Source: Bacteroidales bacterium (GTDB taxonomy: Bacteria; Bacteroidota; Bacteroidia; Bacteroidales; PWNQ01). From it: 64,000 bases of DNA. Location of the stretch: the NCBI GenBank assembly GCA_003557725.1, contig PWNQ01000041.1:8481-72480 (forward strand). Reading direction: 5' to 3'. The notes beneath the pieces were generated by a model that worked only from the letters and a program-made list of their open reading frames with translations, was not told the origin of the DNA and ran no database searches. Both the position numbers and the translations under genes were made by a program. Shown here in pieces: positions 58,401 to 64,000 of the stretch; within the stretch, counting starts at the first letter, position 1, and each line of letters starts with the position of its first letter.

Positions 58401-58535
58401 ACATACGTGTTTGAATACCCGCTGGTGGTGGCTCAGAAAGGGAACTTCTCCAACGGGATAACCACCATACAGTGTATGTATGCCCCGGAATTTACTTCTC
58501 ATTCACGCGGCGTGCGACTGAATGTGGAAAAATAG
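52413..58535 (+). CDS. Alpha-2-macroglobulin family protein (2040 aa, thioester type)
   Basis: Signal peptide. Macroglobulin-domain repeats (RAIYRPGQVVYFKG, RVEEYKRPRFEV). Thioester motif CSEQ at nt 56904-56915 within PHECSEQIFSRYYAN. C-terminal receptor-binding-like domain. Confidence 0.9.
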   Translation: MKAFLTTLVAIFITTVLVLSAMAPAQDKNEEKTMESLWKRVEKLEKAGKPRAALEVVAEIRQLARSKMLNAQWIKAVSYEMLLTMSYEEEPWKKGIKILEKALEEAPDKEIRAVIHSQLGHQYYHYYNNNRHIISDRTQLLEDTVMDIGQWTAHRVIRESVKHFQKSLEEKELLARASLEDYEDLIIRPDEEEKVLSSLYELLALQALRFYAREPAPLVKAGGMTRLENARYFKTDSEFLNLPIPVDHEDFRLMSMAIYQSLAELHRKQDNQFLQLWFTLERLDYAREKSSRTDRDELYLFALESLREENQGRETVTRVHYRLAKYWEQQGGKYSPLLSDDHKWDKVKAKDYCEAALEQFPRSYGAKQCRVLLEDLLKPNISLDNDRMVIPQQPSLASIRYKNTDRLFFTLYKMDYREWRNIDRREPSTFFRRLAREEKVSTWQVNPEDDGDLQYHRVEVEIPELPSGHYVLVASNTESPVKDTAHTVYNNFFVTPMSVILRSQSKNIHQGYVTCHKTGAPMSDVDVEVVERYYDRAQRSYGYRTVDKLQTGKDGGFKFANNSKSFRRYMLELRKGSHHFTYPLQFSQSPYSRQEQTRERIRTYLYTDRAIYRPGQVVYFKGITLGFEGDKQNIKEGLDSRITLYDANHQEVEHLEVRTNKYGSFNGSFVLPSTGLTGIFRLRCQHGTTTIRVEEYKRPRFEVELKQVEDPFRLGEQVVMKGQARAYAGSNVSNARVRYEVKRKAKYRPQGHRYRYFFPIPSGEETTIAQGETQADQQGNFEIPFHAIPGEQKGAHIQSIFRYTVEAHVTDISGETRWNSRTVSAGDKALTLDVNIPEQVNQTRPMEYRVITENLDGAKVPASGEITVQRLKQPQRLLKERAWQEPDRFVMDKETFEEKFPHEQYHIELVKEEWEVEEQVFHCEFSTEKTDSLSLNCAAGWDEGVYRITITSQDVFGQQVETVKHFSLFDPSKKNMHENTWFWTHLEKASVLPGEEVELVIGTAAKKASIQFAYGMNGEFLKDEWVNLSNEKRKITIPVTEDHRGGFYIYLNMTKEGVTHRKQYHVSVPFTNKKLSTQLVTYRDIMEPGSNEKWKIKLEGPEGEAVAAEMLASMYDASLDQFISHGWSFDYLSKNRAGIQYLSPGKRVSSSAATLLSPPNIYRMPKETTLESFIHETGMSERWGYGRLIYRSYDRRDRGEEVHLEMMEVLDDVETDGVRGTQEVRGRISKPFIDRDDEPHSAKIQEDASHSSLPGEAPGDQIQVRTHFSETAFFYPTLETDKEGNILLDFAMPEAVTRWKLMALSHTSDLKSHIFTHSVQTQKELLVMPNMPRFLREGDTILVSAAISNLSQDTLSGEAAITLFKAANRQVVTGAFGVDDQQMQPFSLEPQATEAVTWRLVIPEGYPAVIWQITAQTETHSDGEEKLIPILPNRMLVTESLPMSVRKNSSKEYTFDKLLGSGQSQTLSHHRYTLEVTQNPAWYAVQALPYLADFPHECSEQIFSRYYANALATHIANAHPKIQQVFNTWRDIQPDALQSQLEKNEELKSLVLSETPWVMEAKSQAQQKRRIALLFDLNTMSRKKQETIRQLEEMQLNNGGWPWFAGGYPNRYISQHIVAGFGHLQTLAVDENEHRVTRMMEKALGYMDDQMARDLKRLKERNVDLEKNNLGSVHIHYLYARSFFSDEIPVKPSAKEAFNYYTQQVKDHWQGQSIYLQGMMALALHRYNDAAAAKAIMASIKDRALYDEEMGMYWRKDRGYFWTQAPIERQALLIEAFDEITNDTESVEEMRLWLLKQKQTQDWGTTKATATAIYALLLRGTDLLSTENTVTITVGEQVIDPETDHPSHTEAGTGYFKKTWDSVTPEMGNVSFQNRGESVAWGAVYWQYFEQLDKITGHETSLNLSKELYKEVQTPTGKQLEAVSETTPLTPGDRIMVRIVLKTDRDMEFVHLKDMRAAGLEPVNVMSAMKYQDGLRYYESTRDAATHFFMDYLHKGTYVFEYPLVVAQKGNFSNGITTIQCMYAPEFTSHSRGVRLNVEK

Positions 58536-58591
58536 TGTATTTTTGCCTGATAACAGAAAAACCGGCAAGTGATCCACTAAACCCAGCAGTT

Positions 58592-59689
58592 ATGAGCACC
58601 GACTACCGACGATGGCTGATTGTTGTCCCCGTACTGTTGATCCTGGGCTTTGTCGTCTGGTCATTCTCTAGTATTATTACCTATATTTTGATTGCTGCCG
58701 TGATCGCCTTTGTAGGGCATCCCTTGATGGACCTGCTGCAACGTATTCGTATAGGAAAGTACAGAATGCCGCGCTTTTTGGGAGCATTGATCACATTATT
58801 AACCCTGGTGGGGGTGGTGGTGGGGTTTTTCTATGCATTTGTCCCCATACTGGTAAGACAGGCTGCTTTTTTTGCTGAGATAGATGTGGTGGAGCTCATC
58901 GAAGGACTGGAAGAACCCATTCAGCAGTTTCAGCTATGGGCCATCGAAAGGGGATTTATTGCAGAAGGTGAATCCGTTGAGCAAATTATTGCCACCCAAC
59001 TTTCCTCTGTCTTTAGCTATGCTAATGTTTCTGACTTGTTTGGCCGGATCATTGGCATTGCCGGATCCCTGTTTATCGGGGTCTTCGCCGTTTTGTTTAT
59101 CAGCTTCTTCTTTATTAAAGATGAGCATTTGTTTACCAATGCCATCTTGCTGTTTGTCCCTGATGCCTACCACGAAAAAATCACCACCATTATCAAGGAT
59201 ACCCGCTACCTGCTTAGTCGTTACTTTATTGGTGTGCTGGGAGAGATAATCTTTATGATCACATTGCTTACTTTGGGGGGGATGATTATTGGAGTGAAAA
59301 ATGCATTTTTTATTGGTTTTATAGGTGGGCTGATGAACATTATACCCTACCTGGGGCCCGTGATCGGGGCTTCACTGGGAGCACTGTTTGTGGCTTCTGC
59401 CAACCTGGATGCCAGCTTTTATGATGTAACCCTTCCCCTGATGTTCTCCATCGTCATCGTGTTTATTGTGTGTAACCTGCTGGATAACATCTTTATTCAG
59501 CCGGCCATATATTCTACCAGCGTGAAATCCCACCCGGTGGAAATCTTTCTGGTGCTGCTGGTGGGAGGATCACTGGCGGGAATATTGGGCATGTTCCTGG
59601 CCATCCCAACCTATACCTTCCTGAGAGTGATCGCTAAACAGTTCTTTAGCGGGTTTAAAGTCATACGCAAGATCACAGAGAGGATATGA
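58592..59689 (+). CDS. AI-2E (PerM/YdiK) family transporter
   Basis: ATG at 58592 (MSTDYRRWLIVVPVLLILGF). Polytopic, with the IPYLGPVIGA motif typical of the AI-2E family. The upstream extension to 58472 overlaps the A2M gene. Confidence 0.85.
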   Translation: MSTDYRRWLIVVPVLLILGFVVWSFSSIITYILIAAVIAFVGHPLMDLLQRIRIGKYRMPRFLGALITLLTLVGVVVGFFYAFVPILVRQAAFFAEIDVVELIEGLEEPIQQFQLWAIERGFIAEGESVEQIIATQLSSVFSYANVSDLFGRIIGIAGSLFIGVFAVLFISFFFIKDEHLFTNAILLFVPDAYHEKITTIIKDTRYLLSRYFIGVLGEIIFMITLLTLGGMIIGVKNAFFIGFIGGLMNIIPYLGPVIGASLGALFVASANLDASFYDVTLPLMFSIVIVFIVCNLLDNIFIQPAIYSTSVKSHPVEIFLVLLVGGSLAGILGMFLAIPTYTFLRVIAKQFFSGFKVIRKITERI

Positions 59690-60705
59690 GAGGCTCCATT
59701 ATCAGGAACGGATTATGTGTTGTGTCAGGGCTGTCTTTCCGACGGGCTGTCAACTATTTGAAGATCGCCCTCAGCTACCGGATCAGTGCGGTAATAAATA
59801 AACCCCTGATGTGGGGGTATCCGGTATCCTTCGCCATAGAGCCCACCAACCGTTGTAACCTTTCCTGTCCCCAATGTCCCTCCGGAAGCGGACAAGATCA
59901 AAGATACAAAGCCGACCTGGATGAGAAAACCTTTGCAAAAGCCCTGGAAGAAATGGCCCCACACGCCATGTACCTCACCCTTTACTTCCAGGGAGAACCG
60001 TTTTTGCATCCCAATATGGCTCAATTGGTGAAGGAAGCGAAAAAGCACAACCTTTATGTGGCCACCTCTACCAACGGACATTTTCTTGACCAGGGGAATG
60101 CCCGGGAAATAGTGCAATCCGGTTTGGATAAACTTATTGTTTCGGTGGACGGAACCAATCAGAAAACCTATGAAAGCTACCGGAAAGGAGGCCAGCTGGA
60201 TACGGTTATCCGGGGGATTAAGGCCGTTATAGAGGCTAAAATTGAGAATGAATCTAAAAAACCAATGGTTGAAGTGCAATTTCTGGTTATGGGGATCAAT
60301 GAACATCAAACCGGTGAAATAAAAGTGCTTTGTGAAAACCTGGGCGTGGACCGCCTGGAGCTGAAATCAGCACAGATATATGACTACGGGAAAGGGAGCC
60401 CGCTCATCCCGGAAGACCCAAAATACGCCCGGTATAAAAAAATGCAAAATGGACAGTACGTGCTGCAAACTAATTGGAAAAACCGATGCAAACGAATGTG
60501 GGAAAGTTGTGTTATCACCTGCACAGGAGATGTTTTGCCTTGTTGCTTTGATAAACATGCACAGTATGTTATGGGAAATATTGCCAATGAAAAGCTGACG
60601 GAGATATGGCACAACTCCCGCTATAATGCGTTCAGAAAAAAAATACTTAATGACCGGCAAACCATCCCCATGTGCCGGAATTGCACCGAAGGACTTCGCG
60701 TGTGA
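59686..60705 (+). CDS. Radical SAM / SPASM-domain protein
   Basis: CNLSCPQC (CxxxCxxC) radical SAM cluster motif. C-terminal Cys-rich SPASM-like region (CKRMWESCVITCTGDVLPCCFD...CRNC). The start ATG overlaps the transporter stop as ATGA. Confidence 0.85.
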   Translation: MRGSIIRNGLCVVSGLSFRRAVNYLKIALSYRISAVINKPLMWGYPVSFAIEPTNRCNLSCPQCPSGSGQDQRYKADLDEKTFAKALEEMAPHAMYLTLYFQGEPFLHPNMAQLVKEAKKHNLYVATSTNGHFLDQGNAREIVQSGLDKLIVSVDGTNQKTYESYRKGGQLDTVIRGIKAVIEAKIENESKKPMVEVQFLVMGINEHQTGEIKVLCENLGVDRLELKSAQIYDYGKGSPLIPEDPKYARYKKMQNGQYVLQTNWKNRCKRMWESCVITCTGDVLPCCFDKHAQYVMGNIANEKLTEIWHNSRYNAFRKKILNDRQTIPMCRNCTEGLRV

Positions 60706-60752
60706 GCCAAATAGATACACTGCAAGAGGGTAAATGGGAGAAGCTTTCCGGG

Positions 60753-61316
60753 TCAGACGGTCATAATGTCCTTTTCCTTGGCTTCCAAAAACGTGTCAAT
60801 GTTTTCTCCAAATTCCTGAGTGAGCTTTTGGATATCGTTTTCCAGTCGCTTGGCTTCATCTTCCGGAAGCCCTTCCTTTTCCAGCTTCTTGGTCATGTCA
60901 TTGCCGCTTTTACGTATGGTGCGAAGACTGACCCGGGCCGTTTCAGCCACCTCTTTGGCCTGCTTAACCAAATCCTTACGCCGCTCTTCTGTCAATGCTG
61001 GCACCGTAATGCGTATCAACGCACCATCATTCTGAGGGTTAAAACCCAGATTAGCGGACATGATTGCCTTCTCAATGGGCTCAATATTGTTCTTGTCCCA
61101 CGGCTGAACTACAATGGTGCGCGCATCCGGCGTGCTGATGCTGGAGACTTGATTCAAAGGCATTAAGGTGCCATAACTCTCTACCTTTACATTGTCCAGC
61201 ATGGAAGGATTGGCCTTCCCGGCACGAATGTGTAATAGCTCCCGCTCAAGGTGCTTAATGGTGCTCTCCATTTGCTTCTTCGTCTGTGCGTAAATAGCTT
61301 GGGTGTCTTGACTCAT
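60753..61316 (-). CDS. frr: Ribosome recycling factor
   Basis: HLERELLHIRAGKANPSMLD, ITVPALTEERRKDLVK. The ATG at 61314-61316 is preceded by a TATTTTTG box, and the TTG at 61343 lies inside that promoter box. Confidence 0.95.
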   Translation of the reverse strand: MSQDTQAIYAQTKKQMESTIKHLERELLHIRAGKANPSMLDNVKVESYGTLMPLNQVSSISTPDARTIVVQPWDKNNIEPIEKAIMSANLGFNPQNDGALIRITVPALTEERRKDLVKQAKEVAETARVSLRTIRKSGNDMTKKLEKEGLPEDEAKRLENDIQKLTQEFGENIDTFLEAKEKDIMTV

Positions 61317-61340
61317 ATCTGTAACTTTTTCTGTGGCTCG

Positions 61341-61348
61341 CAAAAATA
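61341..61348 (-). promoter_or_regulatory. -7 box TATTTTTG upstream of frr
   Basis: The reverse complement of caaaaata is an exact match, 25 nt upstream of the ATG at 61316. Confidence 0.5.
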
Positions 61349-61473
61349 CGACAATTCTGAAAATAATTAAGGTGATGGATAATTTACAACAATACGAAAA
61401 TATTTCCCGCAGGTTACAGAGAATAACAAAACATAATGCAATTTCGCCATCTCTACCACTTCATCTTTTTAAC

Positions 61474-61481
61474 TATTTTTG
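61474..61481 (+). promoter_or_regulatory. -7 box TATTTTTG upstream of the DUF4197-like gene
   Basis: Exact match followed by CAC, 35 nt upstream of ATG 61516. Confidence 0.5.
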
Positions 61482-61515
61482 CACTCTTACATTTATGCCT
61501 TAATACTCCGAGCTG

Positions 61516-62223
61516 ATGAAAAAGTTGATTTTTCCCTTACTTGCCGGTATATTCTTTTTCTCCTGCGATATTCTTCAGGAGTTGAATTTGCCTGAGGTTG
61601 CTGTTACTGGTGATGGGCTGACCCGTGAGGAGATCGCTATGGGCCTGAAAGAGGCATTAGAGGTTGGTACCGGCAATGCTTCACAGCGGTTGGGCCGCGA
61701 GGATGCCCTGTATGGTAACCCGCAGCGAAGGATCCCTTTTCCTCCGGAGGCTCAGGTAGTAGAGGAGCGCTTGCGACAGGCCGGCATGGGCGACCTGGTG
61801 GATGAGTTTATCCTGGAGATGAATCGTGGCGCCGAAAAGGCCATGGTAAAGGCCAGACCCATCTTTGTGGATGCCATTAAACAGATGACCATCCGGGATG
61901 CCACAGAGATCCTTCGTGGCGCAGATAATGCAGCCACCGAATATTTTAGAAGAAATACAGAGGATCAGTTGTATGAAGCCTTTAGGCCACCAATAGAGCA
62001 GACCATGGACGAAATGAGGGTGACCAGCATCTGGGCCACCGTAATGCGTACCTATAACCGCTTGCCCTTCCAAACCAAGGTAAATCCGGACTTGCCGGAC
62101 TATGTGACCCGGCAGGCCATGGACCGGCTTTTTATGGAGATTGAAGTGGAAGAGGCCAAAATCAGGAATAACCCGGCTGCCCGGGTGACGGAACTGCTCA
62201 GAAGGGTGTTCGCCGCACAATAA
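61516..62223 (+). CDS. DUF4197-like lipoprotein
   Basis: Lipobox [32 protein letters not shown] and [10 protein letters not shown] resemble the DUF4197 pattern. Confidence 0.65.
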   Translation: MKKLIFPLLAGIFFFSCDILQELNLPEVAVTGDGLTREEIAMGLKEALEVGTGNASQRLGREDALYGNPQRRIPFPPEAQVVEERLRQAGMGDLVDEFILEMNRGAEKAMVKARPIFVDAIKQMTIRDATEILRGADNAATEYFRRNTEDQLYEAFRPPIEQTMDEMRVTSIWATVMRTYNRLPFQTKVNPDLPDYVTRQAMDRLFMEIEVEEAKIRNNPAARVTELLRRVFAAQ

Positions 62224-62238
62224 GAAACAATATACTGT

Positions 62239-62754
62239 CTATTTCTGCCACTCTTCATAATGAATGCGCACCGGGTCGAATCGATCCGGACGGGGCTTGC
62301 GCTCATCAGGATAGCCTAATGCAATAAGGGATACGGGCAAAATGTGTCCCGGCAAACCCAGATATTCCCCGATTTCTTTCATGCGCTGCTCACGTGGGTA
62401 AACCCCGAGCCAGCAGCTCCCAATACCCATGCCGAAGGCACTCAGTAAGATATTCTGTGTGGCAGCAGAGCCGTTAATAGCATTATACGCATCCATGCTC
62501 TCCTTTTGCTGGTCGCCACATACAAGAATGGCCGCAGTTGCCGTATTTAACATGGAGGCATAAGGATGGATCTCTGCCAAACGGTCCAGACGGGAACGAT
62601 CAGTGACTACCACAAAATGCCATGGCTGATAATTCCGGGCCGAAGGAGCATACATGGCCGCTTCTAACATGGCTTCCAGATGGTTCTTATCCACGGGCTT
62701 GCTGCTAAACTTGCGAATGGATCGACGGTCTAATAAAGCTGTTGTAATGTCCAT
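62239..62754 (-). CDS. Nitroreductase family protein
   Basis: LLDRRSIRKFSSKPV and APSARNYQPWHFVVV motifs. 171 aa. Confidence 0.85.
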   Translation of the reverse strand: MDITTALLDRRSIRKFSSKPVDKNHLEAMLEAAMYAPSARNYQPWHFVVVTDRSRLDRLAEIHPYASMLNTATAAILVCGDQQKESMDAYNAINGSAATQNILLSAFGMGIGSCWLGVYPREQRMKEIGEYLGLPGHILPVSLIALGYPDERKPRPDRFDPVRIHYEEWQK

Positions 62755-62865
62755 AAACTTTTTTTTATGTTGCGAAGATAATATATCCCAAACAATTAGA
62801 TCGTGAAACCCCGGCTAAATGATCCGGAGGATACGTTTTATAGACGGACATATTCCAAAACAGTA

Positions 62866-62873
62866 TATTTTTG
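62866..62873 (+). promoter_or_regulatory. -7 box TATTTTTG upstream of the SatP-like gene
   Basis: Exact match 38 nt upstream of ATG 62911. Confidence 0.5.
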
Positions 62874-62910
62874 CCGGTTTAATTTTAACCCTGATAAAGC
62901 GTATATCTCG

Positions 62911-63501
62911 ATGCAAAAAAATGAAGTTTTGGAAATTAAAGACACCTACGCCAACCCGGCTCCTTTGGGACTGTCCGGGTTTGGCTTGACAACCGTGCTG
63001 CTGAACATCCATAATGCAGGCGTTTTTCCGCTGGATATGATGATCGTGTCCATGGGAATATTTTATGGCGGACTGGCCCAGGTGCTGGTTGGAGTGATGG
63101 AATTTAAAAAGAATAATATCTTTGGAACTACCGCCTTTACCTCGTACGGATTTTTCTGGATCAGCCTGTCTTTTATCTGGCTCGCTCCGGCCACAGGTAT
63201 TGTTGAACCCCCATCCCCCATTAGTATGGCATACTACCTGGGTATCTGGGGCGTTTTTACTATCTTTTTGTTTATTGCGACCCTGAAAATGTTGCCCATA
63301 CTCAGGTGGCTCTTTGGCTCTGTGGTGGTCTTGTTTGCCCTGCTTACCATAGCTAATGCCACCGGAAACCATTTTATCCACACACTGGCAGGCATTGAAG
63401 GAATATTCTGCGGTGGATTGGCTATCTATATAGGCCTGGGGCAAATGGTTAATCATTATCATGAGAAACCGGTAATGCCAATGGGGGCCATGAAAGGGTA
63501 G
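62911..63501 (+). CDS. GPR1/FUN34/YaaH-family acetate/succinate uptake channel (SatP-like)
   Basis: NPAPLGLSGFGLTT family signature and six TM helices. ATG at 62911 sits 38 nt after a TATTTTTG box, and the GTG at 62803 lies upstream of that box. Confidence 0.85.
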   Translation: MQKNEVLEIKDTYANPAPLGLSGFGLTTVLLNIHNAGVFPLDMMIVSMGIFYGGLAQVLVGVMEFKKNNIFGTTAFTSYGFFWISLSFIWLAPATGIVEPPSPISMAYYLGIWGVFTIFLFIATLKMLPILRWLFGSVVVLFALLTIANATGNHFIHTLAGIEGIFCGGLAIYIGLGQMVNHYHEKPVMPMGAMKG

Positions 63502-63502
63502 T

Positions 63503-63630
63503 CATAGCCCCAAAGAAAACAAGAGTGAAAAGCTGAAAATCATTGCTTTATAATAAGAAGAGGCGCTGATTTTCAGCTTTTTGTTGCGTAGGCCGGCCTT
63601 GAATACTAAATTTACTTCCGCTGAAAAACT
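63503..63630. repeat. Degenerate copy of the repeat family
   Basis: GCCCCaaagaaaacaagaGTGAAaaGCTGAAAATCA ... GCTGATTTTCAGC ... CCGCTGAAAA shares the core boxes with 12401-12475, but the terminal repeats are not recognisable. Confidence 0.35.
63528..63585 (+). terminator. Repeat-derived hairpin with T tract after the SatP-like gene
   Basis: AAAGCTGAAAATCA ... TGATTTTCAGCTTT followed by TTGTT. The loop is about 24 nt, which is long for a canonical terminator. Confidence 0.4.
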
Positions 63631-63702
63631 ATGGTGGTTTTTTTTGAACAGCCTCAGTTGTTACCCTGTGACAAGGATGATGATAGTAACGGAAATGATG
63701 AT

Positions 63703-63732
63703 AATGGTAATGGTAATGGTAATGGTAATGGG
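63703..63732. repeat. Hexanucleotide microsatellite (AATGGT)x4 plus an imperfect fifth unit
   Basis: aatggt aatggt aatggt aatggt aatggg read directly from the sequence. The flanks gataat and gctaatggg are related. Confidence 0.85.
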
Positions 63733-63733
63733 G

Positions 63734-63991
63734 CTAATGGGGGAATAATGTTTGAGATGGTCCTACCTCTTTGGACAATATTTTATTAATATAAATTACA
63801 TATACATATTTTGATATGAGAGGTGGGGGAGACTCATAACTTTGTGTTTTTGTTAACAAGTTATGCTGCTCCTCTGTAAGTAGCACCTGGCGTATCATAT
63901 GCCAATGATGAATGGATCCTCTCATTGTTATAATAAATGTGAAAGGATTATATTTGCATATGCATGAGATGACAAGCTCATTAACCGGCAT
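63734..63991 (-). CDS. Hypothetical ORF in an AT-rich window end (doubtful)
   Basis: The only evidence is an 85-aa ORF in a region that is visibly more AT-rich than the rest of the window. No motif recognised. Confidence 0.2.
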   Translation of the reverse strand: MPVNELVISCICKYNPFTFIITMRGSIHHWHMIRQVLLTEEQHNLLTKTQSYESPPPLISKYVYVIYINKILSKEVGPSQTLFPH

Positions 63992-64000
63992 TTTATGGCC

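Noticed and set aside
63734-63991. Possible transposase or IS remnant at the AT-rich window end
   Set aside because: The only hints are a vague LTEEQ-type helix and atypical composition. There are no terminal repeats, DDE motifs or other evidence within the window.
1-64000. Search by eye for CRISPR arrays, tRNA/rRNA genes, reverse transcriptase/DGR, toxin-antitoxin pairs and classic defence islands
   Set aside because: I saw no regularly spaced repeats with unique spacers, no tRNA-like T-arm (GGTTCGAATCC-type) sequences in the intergenic regions, and no ORFs with such motifs. The intergenic regions are short, apart from those described above.

Overview
The window looks like a Bacteroidota chromosomal segment. 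Support for this: PorU, PorV, PorP/SprF and GldJ type IX secretion (T9SS) and gliding genes, TAnnTTTG -7 promoter boxes, a TamL-like Omp85 lipoprotein, and Y_Y_Y/LytTR two-component genes. Coding density is high, with about 49 CDS, and most are housekeeping: otsAB (partial), ispF, ispD, murF, anmK, greA, ruvC, queA, leuS, ftsX, uppP, truB and frr. The rest are envelope functions. I saw no rRNA, tRNA or CRISPR array.

The best candidate for an undescribed system lies at 21.3-35.4 kb:
- A Y_Y_Y sensor kinase and a LytTR response regulator.
- An intergenic region with a LytTR-type operator: two CCGTTAACTG direct repeats, read as 9-mers with a 12-bp spacer, plus one inverted copy.
- A small acidic membrane-anchored protein.
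- A three-gene outer-membrane module: a 1209-aa TonB-dependent-receptor-like barrel, a 1355-aa secreted protein of unrecognised fold with a T9SS C-terminal sorting domain, and a second PorV-like barrel.

Other notable points:
- The T9SS sortase gene porU is interrupted by one in-frame TAG.
- A RecD-like helicase is split by an in-frame TGA followed immediately by ATG.
- A structured ~150-bp MITE-like palindromic repeat family has one complete copy with 16-bp terminal inverted repeats and at least three to four partial copies, mostly at gene 3' ends.
- An LtaS-like transferase, a GDPD and a DAG-kinase-family gene sit together.
- A thioester-type (CSEQ) alpha-2-macroglobulin has no adjacent pbpC.
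- An orphan radical-SAM/SPASM gene is translationally coupled to an AI-2E transporter gene.

All calls come from reading the sequence and the ORF translations. No database search was run.
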